Below the pieces are notes generated by a model, which ran no database searches, was not told where the DNA came from, and worked only from the letters and a program-made list of their open reading frames with translations. The position numbers were made by a program, and so were the translations under genes. Below, piece after piece: positions 1-12,409 of a stretch of 64,000 nt of DNA. This DNA comes from Lingula anatina (taxonomy: Eukaryota > Animalia > Brachiopoda), in the NCBI GenBank assembly GCA_051362555.1, contig CM120646.1:23002001-23066000 (forward strand), in the 5' to 3' direction. Position 1 is the stretch's first letter. Each line of letters opens with the position of its first letter.

Positions 1-134
1 AACAAAAAGGCTTAATGGCAAAAGGTGTATTATTTAGGAAAAGACCACCCCCACTCTGAAATGGCAGGCTACGGACCTGAATCATAATTTCCACAACCTC
101 TTATACAGCATTACATGACATTATGTAACATTAC

Positions 135-200
135 CTTTTGTTGCTCTGTGCTAAGGTTGGTGTTGACAGGCCTCTCGTATGCCTCCTCATTACAACTTAT
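135..200 (-). CDS. RTK-A juxtamembrane exon ([22 protein letters not shown])
   Basis: ttttgtag acceptor, gtaatg donor, phase 0-0; homolog at 17849-17914. Confidence 0.75.
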
Positions 201-3200
201 CTACAAAAGCAGGAAAACAAGCATTAATACTTTTTTAAACAGATTTATTTCTACAATAATGATATATACAAAATAAATAAATTCAGAGCAGGCGGCATGT
301 CGCCACATCATAATGTGCTAGCTGCGGTATTATAATAAATTGTAAATAAATAGATTAACTATAATTATATAAAGTAAATAATAATGCATTATTTTAAATT
401 AAAGTAAATAAATGAGTTAAATATGATAATATAGAAGTAATAATAATAATTGTGATAACACGATTAGTACGCATATAAATATTGGTGACAGCAACAAGGA
501 AGGGGGCCTAGGCACGGGGAGATGTATGCGGGAAGTGATGGACTAGCTGATCAGGAGAGGGAGACGGGTGGGTGGACTTGTCAAAGCATTTAAACATTAT
601 CAATTAAAAATGTCGAAACAATGTCAAAGACTTAATACTTCATTAATACTTCATAATTAAGGACATTGTAACCCTTTATTATCATCCAATTACCAAAAAT
701 GAGTTTTTTTCCTGCATCTAATTATTCAATAATGCAGCTATCTTTGTGCTAATTTAAACAATGAAAAAAACCCTCAAAATATAAAATATCAGCGTTTATA
801 TTTTTTTCGTTGCAATGTATAAGCACAGGCAACTCAAAACTTTAATCATTAATTTAACACCTTCCTATTTTGAGGTGAGATAGCAATTGGTATGGGGCAT
901 AACTTCATCCCTGATTTTCATTATAAACAAAGGCATTATTTTGCTTTATCAAAGATAAAATCTGAACTAAGACTTTTAAGAAAACATTATCACTGGCAGG
1001 GTTTTGGAGTACTAAATGGTGTCATTAAATTGGAGCTGAAATGGTGACCGTGGGTGCTCAGGTAAAAGAGAAATTTGAGAAACTGATTTTTCAGTTTTTT
1101 TACCCTAAAATCACAACAATGACTTCACCCATAAGATGACATATAAGTAATTGTTAAATAATCTAGTCACTGAACACTGAAGATCTATTACTCAAAAGAA
1201 TGTAAGGCAAAAATAAGAAGTTTTGGTCGAAGGGTGACAATATCCTTAACATTTCATTCTTTTAAAATTACAATCACATGACATTATATAATATTCATAC
1301 TACACTATTTCACCTGTAAATGGTTAATTTCAGTTTATTTCAAAGATAAAAGTAATAGCTGTTATCACATGCAACCCATTACAAAGGGACTGTACTATAT
1401 ACTACAGTATACTGTAATTCACAGACTTTATGACCAATCTTTAATCCAAACCCTGCATTTTTGAGTATGACATTCACCTCTCCACTCAGAAAACTCTGAA
1501 GCTCACTGTCTTCAACTTCATCCTCTGCGTTGTTTTCTTGCGACACTACAATGAAAAAACGGATGGGCTTTACACACATGCATCTTCAAATGGGGGGGAG
1601 GGGGGATCATGGAAAATTTGGGAGCAAGTTTTATGAGCAAAACATAATAGGAGGAAATGAAACAGCTTAAATGTTTAAATTACAGAAATAAATCTGAAAA
1701 GTTTGTCACTTCAAAAATTAATTAATATTTTGAAATGCATAAATCGGACATAGTCATATTGGGTGAAAAACTTTTGAAAATTATTGAGAGGTCCATTCTC
1801 AAGTTTGAGATTTTCAAAGTGAAAAAATGTACTTTTGTTTTCCAATAAAATTTTCAAAACCAACAAAATTTTCAAATTTTTACAATAACAGGGGTATATC
1901 CATTATAAAGTGTATAATGAGATTTAATTATCAGTTGATTTTAATCTAATTTATTTATCTGGATTCAAAATTACTTTAACCTTTTTCGCCAACTCTTGTT
2001 TTCTGTTTCTTCTTGACACAGTAAGTGTAGGTGACACAAGCCAAGACAATAATCACAATGGCCCCCAGGATGGCCCCTATTATCCACCCTATGGCCTCTA
2101 CAGATAGACCCTGGGCCCCCACTGTGGCCCCAGTAGCTGGCTCTGAAATGATGTCAAGAAAACCAATGGTATTCCCCATTCTCCTCATGACAGATTAATT
2201 CTGAGCATTCCTTTAAAAACAATGCAATACGAAGGTTTCCTTGGGAATACTAATGACACTCATTTATTTACAACTACATGTATCACTTATTAATAATTAT
2301 AACTTACCTAAAAGCTAAAAGCTATGAACCACATATAACTTATTGTTAAAGCAATAATAACTCTTCCTTTGAGATTCAAAATTCCGCAAGAAATGCATTC
2401 TAAACAACACAGAGAAATATATTATATTGCATTTCACCACTAAAACGGCTGTTATTATAGTAAAACTAAAAACTGTGCTTGTCAATAGGGCTTTCGGTGC
2501 CTTTCTTCTCGGTCGTCAAGGCATCCGTTGCCAAGGATGTTGGTGTATCACGCGGATTCTCGCGTGCATTCAAGACCAAAATAGCATGCGGCGGGATAAG
2601 ATATAGCAGACGTAAGTTGCGAGTTTTTATACAGTGTGTCGGATAACGAAAAGCCCAGAACTGCACACGTTGTAGAAATAATTCCATTCTGAGCAATAAG
2701 ACGATTATATCGTATGAATCTTATTTTATTGTAATAAAGTGTTGTTGTTGTCTGCTTTTCCCGCGGTTTTAAGTAGGTCATCAGAAAACCCCGCTCGTCT
2801 GAGAGAGCTCCGTCAGTTAAAATCACTTAAGAGATTTTAACAAAAAACCAAGCGTTTAGGAAAAAAACCCTGGACTAACTTTGAATGCAGAAATGGGGTC
2901 GTTGACCATTGGTAAGTACGGGGAAATTGCCGTTTACGTTAGGAAAATCCAATTTTTGGCCAAAACGAAGAGTTATTATGACTTTAATTAAGATACCACT
3001 AACCCAAGGAATTTAAATCCCAGTAACTTACATATGTATATTAGAAAAGTAAATGAAATAGTAAATCATTTAAGTACCACTTTTTTCTGATAGTGTAATT
3101 CTCAAGACCTTGCTTGGTGGATCATTTAACTGGTTCAAAATGTTACTGGCCTGACACTCATAGTATCCAGGTTTCTGAATGTGACCTAGATAAAGCACTG

Positions 3201-6200
3201 AGGGGTTATCATGGTGTCCATTTAGTACTTCTGTGGTGTTGGAAAGCTCTTCCCAATAAAACCATTTGAAGCTTGGTTGAGGGTAACCAGTGGCTGAGCA
3301 AATGAGAGTGACGACTGAACCTTTGACAAACTCCACACTGTCCATTGCTGAGTCTATGATGGAGAGAGCACCTATGGGGGTATAGGTGATCTTAGGGTAG
3401 CTGGCAGCAGCTGAAATATTGCAATTTTTAATAATAAAATTTAACTATCATGGATATTCAAAAAATGTGCCTAGCAAAGGTTTTAAGCCCATGGAGGATC
3501 AAAGTCACATGTACCTTGAAAATACCAGTATGTGAAAACTGAATATTTCACAAAAAATGTATAACTTCCAGAAAAATAAACCAGTCAGACTGGTTTTCCA
3601 ACTGATCCTGTATTTTAGTTTAAGAATAATTAGTGACATGGTTTTCCTAAAATGGTAAATATGGTGGCAGTGCCCAAAATTGTTGTTACATTTTATCTAA
3701 TACATACTTAGTGACACACTGGCTGACTTCTGTCCAATCATACATGTAAACTGTGCGCCGTCATCAGAGGCCGAGACATCTACTCTTAGCTCACTCTGTC
3801 CATTATATGTGCAACTATCACTATTCAGGACAGGGTTACTTGACTGTGCCTCTGAGGTCCTATTTTGTTGCTGACCGTTCAGAGTCTGGTACCATGTGAT
3901 CCCCTTGGCTGGATGTCCAAGCTGACCAGAGCACATAAACTTTATTGACCCCTGGTCTGTTAATTGCTGGGTGGTCAAGACAGGGACTTCACTGGGCTCC
4001 ACTGGAATATACACACATATGTATTTGCATATATTAGCTATAGCACAGTGTCATTAAATATATGAAAAAAATCTAAAACAAGAATACTGTACACAAATGA
4101 TACAGCTGAGATCTGCAAAAGCTGCATTAAAATACAATAACTGAAGTTTTAAAGAATTATTACACATTCTAGCTTTAGTATATGCATTTTTCTAAAATAA
4201 GTGCACTTTACCCTTCAAACCGTTTTTCAAATTATCTCAGAACCTTAATTATGGGTCCTTTGGATGGATACATGTAATTTGATATAGTAATTAAGTTAGG
4301 TTTCACAAAAAATTGGCATTTGCCATCAGAAGCCTCAGATTTGTGACCACCACTTTTTCTCTGAGCCCACGTCTTTACCCCTGTTTACTTCCAGCTAAAA
4401 ATGACCACTCAGCTTCAATCCTGTCTCCTCCCATACCTTTTATTCAATTCCACAGTAACTACAAGTATATATGGGCCTAATAGTCAGCCAGTTTTGGCTA
4501 TGGGTGTATCTCTGCTAGTTTTGGAGTATTCCACAGCCAATTCTCATCATCATTATTAATCAATCATAGCTAGTGTAATAAAATCTTTCTATACTTATGT
4601 AATGATAACTTTTTTTTTATAATGCACAAAATGCAATCCGCAATTCCATGGTTCATGTCAGCTTTATGTAAAGTTGCTCAAAGAAAACCCAAGGACACAT
4701 ATAATGACCAGTTTAACGGTTTACTTGATGATGCTCTCTAGCTCCATGTGATCTACAGTACATGAAGTCTCCAACTTCTGAACCATCTCGCATGTCTCGC
4801 GTAAGTCTTCCTAGCTCTCCCAAGCAGTCACCCTCAGATTTCCTCTCTCTGAACTCCCAGATATTATTTCTGAATGTATAATACAAATTTCTTATCTAAA
4901 TCCAAGAAATGGGGACATGTACAGGCCCTTGTGGTCTAGGAGAAGAAGCGGTAACTTAATTTGACTTGTTTCCAGCATCAGTCTGCAGGGCTGGGAGAGC
5001 CGTAAGATCGAGACGGGCCGGCACTATTACCATGAGTATTATATACTACTACTGTACTATATACTACAAAACATTGGCACATACTTCAATCTATGAGTCT
5101 GACAAACTGCAGGGCAATGTAACACTACATACAAGTATTCCTTCAATAAGAGATGTTGCATATGACCTACTGGCTTTTAAGAAAACATAAACTTACCACC
5201 TTCAGTTGTAATTTCCACATTAGTACTCCAAGGTCCAGCATCTACAGTGACTGCTCTCACTCTAAAACTATAAGTTGTAAAAGGCAATAAACCAGTGACT
5301 GCCACATATGTATCAGAGACATTCCCTTCCTTTGATACCAGACTTTCTTGTTGACATTTGGAAGTCACAGGACTTAGGAGATATCTGTATTCAGTAATCC
5401 TTCCATTCTTGCATTCACAACTTGGTTCACTCCAGTAAAAGGTAGCTGTATCGTTATTGAATCTCACCATGCCTGGAGGGCAGCCAGGGGCTAAAATATA
5501 GTTACACGAAAATGCCAAATTTGTCAGAAAAATTATGTACAATAATTTAATTGTGCAACAGTTCACATCCACATTACAGGAAACCTGTATCAAATACAAT
5601 ATTTTAGATAAAAGTTATCAAAACATATTGCAATCATTAAGACAACAATTAGAAAACCATTCTTAAATCCTACCTGCTTCTACAGTCTTGATCTGTAGTG
5701 AATTTGGTTCCCCCTGAACTGCTCCAGAAATTGCTTTAATAGATATATCATACTGTGAATTTGGATATAATTTGGTAAATGTGTAACGTGTTGTTATTTC
5801 ACTCAGTAAGGTAGATATCTGGAATTCTGACAATTGCCTGCATTCCCCCTGTAACCGGACTGCTGTAATATTGTACCCTGTTATGTACCCTGTTATATTA
5901 CAGCCAGTAAATCTAGGCAGATGCCAATGAACAGTGGCTGATGTAGAGGTAATGGAGCCTGCTGTCAGTGAGGTAACTTGGGCAACAACTGAAATAGAAA
6001 GAAATGGAAAATTTCTTGATTTCTCTTAATTTACTTATCATAGGACCTTACTATATCAATCTTAGAAGGATGAATTTTCACCCAAAAATGGCAATTTTCC
6101 CACACTTACAAATTGTTATTGAATCCATTCTGACATTTATATATAGTAATTAAGTCTCTTTTTTTTAAAGAGATAACAACTCTTTGTCTATATTTCACAA

Positions 6201-9200
6201 TAAATACATTGTAAACAACTCAAAGAAATATTATGTAATTTCATTTTACCACAAAAACGCAGTTATAGCAATAAATATGAAATCTGCGATTGCCATCCAA
6301 CCATGTGACCTCCACAGATGGCTATACTCTGTAATAATCTCTTAAGAGATTATTTAAAAAAACAAACTTTGTAGAAAAAACCAGGGACTATCTTTGAATG
6401 TAGAAATGGATTCATTAACCATTGGTAAGTATGGGAAAACTGCTGTTTACCCCAGAAAAAATTAATTTTTTGGCCAAAACAAACAGTGATTATCCCTTTA
6501 GGCTTGTTCTTTTTTGTAATAATCTCTTAAATGATTATTACAAAAAACTTAACAAAAAATATTACAGATGATAGTCACGTATGTGGTCTGAAGGCAAGCA
6601 GATTCCAGACTTAGTGCTATATATATATATATAATAGCTAATTTGGCAGTAAAATAAAATTTATTATAATTCTAAGAATTGCCTTCAATATATTTATTGT
6701 GAAATATGAGTCCTATATAAAAAGCTGTTATTCCTTTAGCAAAAAACATGTTTTGATTCTACATGCTAAACTACCAAATAAACATAGATGTTTTGTTAAC
6801 AAACCTGTAGAAGTTAAAGTTGTTATGGTGTTTGCCCTTGAAAAGCCAGAATTGTCATTTTTATTTACAAGCTTTATCCGGATGCTCCAGTGTGTGCAGG
6901 CAGCAGTGTCAAAATCTTTGTACCTGGCATTGGCTGCAACTGTTTGTGTTACCTCATCAGCATCAGTTCCATTCTTATACCTGATTTTAATCTCTCTTCC
7001 ATCCTGGCATTTCCAATCTTGATCAGTTATTTTCTTAAAAAGCAAATGTTAGGCTTTAATTTAGAAGGACCTTAATTATAACATAATTAATTACAACACT
7101 TCTTCAGTTTGCTACTAAGATAACTGTAACTGCTTTTTCTAAGACTTTTCTTAATTTTCATTCATGACATACTACAGCATTCTCTCAATATTAATACAGT
7201 GTGTAATATTTAAACTCACATTCCAAGTAACCCTGATAACTCTTCTATTAGAATCTAAAACCTCTTGTACATCAAACTGGCTGGAATGAAATCTACGAGG
7301 CTCTGAAAGTAATATAGAAAGGGAATGCATTAAAAAATTGTTTACAAATTCAATTTAGTAAAATCATACTTCATGTAAATATTTATTTATAATTAAATCA
7401 AATAAATATATAATTAAATTACTAAAAAACCCTCAAGCATGCTCAGGCATGTATAGAATAATAAATCAACTTACTGCCACACATTGTTTTAACTCGAGTA
7501 GTTTCATCCTCCAAAAAGGGGCCAGGCTGATTATCATCTTTTCTTATCCTCACCCTCACCAGGTACACCATATCAGGCAGCAGGTTGGAAACAGTAACTT
7601 CACACTTGATATCACAATCTTCTGCACTCCTGTCTATAGATTGCCATGTATCACCAGGTAGTTCAGCATATTCTAATACATACTGGATTCCTTGCACACC
7701 AGACCTATTACATAGTCTAGTATTCCAACTAACTGTGATACCACTGGCTGTTGATGTGGCTGAAGGTTTCTGGCCAAGTGTACCTACAGAAAAAGTCCTT
7801 GTTACAGCTTGCAAACAGCAAGAATAAATAAAAAAAATTCCTTGTTTGACACATAAATTTTGAAATTATTTTGGAGGCAAAGCATCCTCTGTTCGTATGA
7901 TCTGGTAATTTAAATTTTCTTTCTTCATTTTTCAGTGAGTAAGACGTACACTCTTTCTCTGTAATTTCTTACATCAGCTTTTTGCCAGTGGTTAAAATTT
8001 ATCTCATTTTTTATTTAATTTTGCCACACTACATTACTTAAAAAATAACTCATTTAGGTAGCAAGCCTAAGACTACAGTACTCTACCATGAGCAAAAACA
8101 AAATTACTCCAGAATAACTTCTTCTAAATCATAACAATTTCAAAATTTAAACTTTTAAATTCTAAATATGGAAGTCATTATAAATAACCTATCACACTTC
8201 TCAATGTCACTGACACTGGGACTGCAAGCTCTGTGTACTTACAGTCCTGGCAGCCTGTTCCTCCCCATCCCACAGAACATCCACTTGTACAGGCACCTGT
8301 TTCCTTATTACACACCTCATTGCTGTCTCTACATCTACAGTCCTTGTCACAGTTGTTCTGGCCTTCAAAGCGGTAATCAGGACAATCTAGATGATTGAAA
8401 AGACAAGGTCGTTTTGATTTTTAAATTATAAACCAAAGCAGTGGCATCACAGAATGGGACTGTTGCAGAAATAAACTACAAGCAAAATAGATTTACACCT
8501 GGGTTCATTTCTGCAAAATAAATTCACGATCACATCGAATACAAGTATACTTGAATGAAGACCTAAACACACATGATATAATTTAGGAATTTTTGGAATA
8601 ATCATTTATTAAATCTAACTTAAACATCATACACCTATACTCACCACATTTTCGTATATCACAGTAAATAAATCCGCCATTAGTATTACAAAAGGGTTTT
8701 GCTCCTGGATCCCTTTCTGAATTCCTGCAGTAGTTCTTTGCTAATGTTACGTTCATCTCAGGAACATCATCATTCTTTAGTTTGTACTGATTACTGGGAT
8801 CAGTCCACAAATTACATGTTGATGTGCCATCTCCTGATAACTTCCCAGCATATTTGAAGCCCCCATTCCTTGAATCATCACAGCAGTCATAATAGCAAGA
8901 TGAATCTTGAAGAAATATAATACCAGCAGACTGTTACAGATTGTAAAATTAATCCCAAAATATTTTAAGTAGATGCATTTATACAAGGCCACCACTTATA
9001 TCTATAATTTTCCAATTAGAAATTTCTTTTTTCCCATTTGTCTAAAACCAGCATTGGTGCCATTTGATTTATCATTTTAAAATCATGCATTTTATAATGA
9101 TTGATTTGGTTTAGCCCTGTTTGTGGCCTCAGAGTATGTTAGAATATACTTTACAGAGAGTATGTTATTTTCTTGACTTAAATCAAGGAGTTATAACAGA

Positions 9201-11236
9201 TAACTCCTTGCTTAAATCATATAGAAGTTCTAGGGTTATTCCAACAGTTTATCAAATCTATTGTTCACCAGACATGAGCCTAGGTTCCAAAAATAAAAAC
9301 CTTTGAACATTTATCATGCCCCCCCCCCCCCCTAGATTTTATTGCAAATCTTGATGAATCTCAGCTAGGAACCATCAGAATTGAATTAAAAAGAAATGAA
9401 TTCCAAGCATATTTCTGGTTTACCTAGCAAGCATCCAGGTCCCCAGTTGTTTCCAGCACAACCACTAGGACAGAAGCCAGTTCTTTTGTCACACACTTCT
9501 CCATCTATAGCACATTGGCACTGACACTTGCAATGCCAGCCAAAGTACCCATCATCACATTGGTAGGGGACATAAATCTCTGCTGTGAAATGGAATTTGA
9601 AACATATATGTAATCAAAATTTGTAGGGGACATAGATCTCTGCAATAAAATGGAAAATTATCAAAATGTATGAATCTGCCTATGCACCATGAAGTAAAAT
9701 ACAAATATAAAACAGCAAAATACCAATAATGGATTTTTTTAGCAAATGTAAAAATGTTTCATACAAATGCAAAAATAAAGATTTATACAATTATCATTTC
9801 ACAATGCTTGAAAATGTATATCCAAGGACGCAAAAATAAAATAATAAACATAAACAGGGCAGCAAAGACATCAAATGCACAGACAAAAAGCAGAAAATAA
9901 TGGTGCAAAAATAGGTTTTTTTGTCAGTTTTGATGAAATATAACAGCAAAATCAACACTAAATATTAATTATGCACAACAGGTAACTTGAACAACAATTA
10001 ACATATATATGTACATGTTACTAGCATATAAGGCTTTCAGACCAATGAGTATTCTAATTCACACACTGAAAATGACAGAACAATCCAATCGGGCTGGTTT
10101 TCAAATATGAGCTGTATAGAATGTATGTCAATCCTAAGAATGTCATTTGAACTAAATGAGCTTAAAGGGATAATAACTCATGATATGAGATCTATATTTC
10201 ACAATAAAAACATTGTAAACAACTCATAGAAATATAATATATTCTGTTTTACCTTAAAAACGTCAGTTATACATGTAGCTATTATTCTGATATCTGAGCT
10301 TGTCATCAGACCACGTGCCCTCCATAGATGGCTATACTCTGTAATAATCTCTAAAGAGATTTTAACATAAAACCAAACTTTTTAGAACAAAAAAAAAAAA
10401 AAAACAAAACAGGGACTAAATTTGTATGTAGAAATGGATTCATTAGCCATTGGTAAGTATGGGGAAATTGTTGTTTACTCTGGGAAAATTCATTTTTTGG
10501 CCAAAATGAACAGTTATTATCCCTTTAATCGTAAGGATACTAAAACATAGCCATATTTGCTTATGACATTCATTCCCTGCTATGCAAATCATTCATAAAG
10601 ATATTAATATTAGGATATCTACATTAATGATCTTCATTTCCTACCACACAATTTTTATTTATTTATTTTTATTTTATTTTATTTTTTTGTTTTGTTTTCT
10701 TTGAGAAAAAATATTTTCTTTTTTTTTGTCCTAATTCACCAGATTGTGGCGTTTCCTGGGATTTTGCAGAAAATCTTCTTGTTCTTATCCCATTCCTTGG
10801 TTGCAGTAATGGTGCATTTTCTTGTGTTGAAACTTCTTCAGCTGAAGATAAAAGAAAGAAAACTAGACCATCAGAGAGGTCTCCTGGTACTGTACTGGAG
10901 TAAGTGTATTCAATGATTAACAGTATATAACTACACTGTATCATACAGCTTCATACCCGTGGGAAATGCATTATTTCCAGAAAATGAATGCAATGAGGCT
11001 GGTTTTCCAACTCAGAAGCTGTCTCTCAGCTCTGTGAATCTTTATGTGAATCTGGGTATCATAAGGAACATAGGGCAATTAAGCTGGTGCTAATATTAAT
11101 TCTATAAATGTGACATCCCACAATGAGTATACAGTACATTTACTTGTAACTTACCTGCTGCCAACAGAATTACAGTGACCAATAACCATTCAAAATTGAA
11201 TTTAGAACAACTTGATGATAACCAAGAAACTGCCAT
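135..11236 (-). CDS. Receptor tyrosine kinase paralog A (partial; 15 coding exons, SP-EGF-kringle-EGF-4xFN3-2xIg-TM-juxtamembrane; kinase exons presumably left of the window)
   Basis: Phase-consistent GT-AG exons: 11236-11155, 10841-10740, 9579-9424, 8905-8645, 8386-8243, 7783-7475, 7302-7220, 7033-6805, 5988-5674, 5490-5197, 4001-3708, 3410-3078, 2142-1981, 1545-1478, 200-135. Each exon has a collinear homolog in copy B. Confidence 0.88.
233..640 (-). mobile_element. Probable 5'-truncated non-LTR retroelement 3' end, present only in copy A intron
   Basis: Absent from the paralogous intron (about 17940); flanked by direct repeat cattaatactt (222-232 and 641-651); minus-strand end aataaatctgtttaaaaaa. 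Confidence 0.45.
1478..1545 (-). CDS. RTK-A acidic juxtamembrane exon ([23 protein letters not shown])
   Basis: ttcattgtag acceptor, gtgaat donor, phase 1-0; homolog at 18931-18998. Confidence 0.75.
1981..2142 (-). CDS. RTK-A transmembrane exon
   Basis: IGWIIGAILGAIVIIVLACVTYTYCV followed by a KKKQK stop-transfer; catttcag acceptor. Confidence 0.88.
2346..2987. mobile_element. Kolobok-like MITE (long subfamily)
   Basis: TTAA flanks; imperfect TIR agcaataataactctt / aagagttattatgact; absent at the paralogous site (about 20382). Confidence 0.7.
3078..3410 (-). CDS. RTK-A Ig domain 2 exon
   Basis: [20 protein letters not shown]...[10 protein letters not shown]-set motifs; 333 nt, phase 1-1. 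Confidence 0.88.
3708..4001 (-). CDS. RTK-A Ig domain 1 exon
   Basis: [16 protein letters not shown]...DDGAQFTC (C2/CD80-like); 294 nt, phase 1-1. Confidence 0.88.
5197..5490 (-). CDS. RTK-A FN3 domain 4 exon
   Basis: WSEP..NGRITEY...[14 protein letters not shown]...GPWS; 294 nt. Confidence 0.9.
5674..5988 (-). CDS. RTK-A FN3 domain 3 exon (not in the ORF track)
   Basis: VVAQVTSLTAGSITSTSATVHWHLP...ITGYITGY...LYPNSQYDISIKA; 315 nt open, phase 1-1. Confidence 0.85.
6165..6500. mobile_element. Degenerate Kolobok-like MITE
   Basis: Similar to 10162-10528; decayed TIRs ttaaagagataacaactc / gtgattatcccttta. Confidence 0.6.
6805..7033 (-). CDS. RTK-A FN3 domain 2, second half
   Basis: KITDQDWKC...CTHWSIRIKLVNKNDNSGFS; phase 0-1. 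Confidence 0.8.
7220..7302 (-). CDS. RTK-A FN3 domain 2, first half ([28 protein letters not shown])
   Basis: actttcag acceptor, gtgagt donor, phase 1-0; homolog at 34242-34324. Confidence 0.8.
7475..7783 (-). CDS. RTK-A FN3 domain 1 exon
   Basis: ITVSWN...QYVLEY...[16 protein letters not shown]; ttttctgtag acceptor, gtaagt donor; 309 nt. Confidence 0.88.
8243..8386 (-). CDS. RTK-A EGF-like exon 2
   Basis: [48 protein letters not shown] (Tie/MEGF-type Cys spacing). Confidence 0.88.
8645..8905 (-). CDS. RTK-A kringle exon
   Basis: CYY..G.KYAGKLS...CNLW...NYCRN...PFC...YCDIRKC kringle signature; 261 nt, phase 1-1. Confidence 0.9.
9424..9579 (-). CDS. RTK-A EGF-like exon 1
   Basis: [52 protein letters not shown]. 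Confidence 0.88.
10162..10528. mobile_element. Kolobok-like MITE with TTAA target-site duplication
   Basis: TIR agggataataact / agttattatccct between two TTAA; the paralogous empty site near 62578 has a single TTAA. Confidence 0.8.
10740..10841 (-). CDS. RTK-A N-terminal exon ([33 protein letters not shown])
   Basis: atcttcag acceptor, gtgaat donor, 102 nt; homolog at 62749-62862. Confidence 0.78.
11155..11236 (-). CDS. RTK-A start / signal peptide exon ([27 protein letters not shown])
   Basis: ATG at 11236, hydrophobic core, gtaagt donor; an acceptor (ttgtag) just upstream implies a 5'UTR intron. Confidence 0.8.
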
Positions 11237-11371
11237 TTCTCTCACCTACAAATAAACAAATGAAGTTAACATTTGATCATTGTCCCAATATGTAGTGTGT
11301 CAATTAAACTACCGGTACATGTATATATGTAAATACTATAATGTTCACAAGTTCCAACATAGATCCTGTTT

Positions 11372-11652
11372 CAGTGGTGGATTTAGAGGGTGGGTCAAAG
11401 GGGTCCTTATACCCCCCCCCCCTTCAATTCTAGGTCCCTCTTGAAATTAGAATTTTGACTAGTTGAATCATAGTTCTAACCCGTACCAAATGGCACCGTT
11501 TGCCCTCTAAATTACCAAAAATTTTCTGGGCCCCTTCTTCAGGCCCTGATAACCACGCCAAGTTGGGGGGGGGGGTGGCTTCGCATCCACCAAGGTGTTA
11601 TAACTCCTTGCATCCACAGACCCCCCTTCAAATAATCCTTGATTTGTCAGTG
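11372..11652. mobile_element. Degenerate GC-rich MITE (cagtggtggattt...gatttgtcagtg)
   Basis: Insertion absent from the paralogous site (about 63422); weak terminal inverted similarity. Confidence 0.45.
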
Positions 11653-12039
11653 CTATTAGTCGTTTATATGTTGAGGGTTTAAAGGATATACACTGTGACC
11701 TGATGTCAATCAACCATTTTCAATCCATTGCCTTGAAAATATTATAGACGTATTGCATACGCATTACATATACATGTACTGTATCCGGTACACATAATTT
11801 AATTTAAATATCATGCACAGGGGCAGATCCAGAATCTTAATAAGTCTATAAACATATCTTTGTACAGTATACAATCGTGGCCGTATAATCGTTTTATTTT
11901 AATTTATTGCACTTAACGCTATTGATTTAATATTAATAATTATGTAAATGAACAAAACTAAGCGTATGATACCTTGCCTCAGTTTTGGGCCTTACATGTT
12001 CATGCACGGTACATGTTAGGCCGAAAACTGAGGCAAACT

Positions 12040-12310
12040 AAACCAGGAAGTAAGCAAGTCATATTGATAACCGATAGGCCTACGTACCATGCAGGAAGTT
12101 AAATATAACAGTTAACGTCAAATTGATAACCGATAATTGATAACCGATATACTAACGTTAGTATCTGACATTTTTGCTTAGAATATCTATTAATTTGAGA
12201 TGAACTCTCGTCTCCAGACAGTCTCTTACCTAGGAGATACTAACTTACCACACCTGATTTTTACTTTCACTTCTCATGTTTGCGAATTTTCCTTTCGCTT
12301 TCCTTGAATT
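12040..12310 (-). promoter_or_regulatory. Candidate promoter/enhancer of RTK-A with clustered ETS, GATA, RUNX, IRF and STAT-like motifs
   Basis: CAGGAAGT at 12044 and 12092; attgataaccgata at 12063, 12122 and 12136; ACCACA at 12247; AAGTGAAAGT (minus) 12263-12272; GGAAAGCGAAAGGAAA (minus) 12288-12303; TTCCTTGAA at 12300. Confidence 0.45.
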
Positions 12311-12409
12311 TATGCACAGATGGCGCCACATGTTTTGAAAGAAAAGCTGGCCCGATAATCAGCTCTATGCAGCACCATTTCTAGAAATGCCTGGAATTAT
12401 TTTGTTTTA

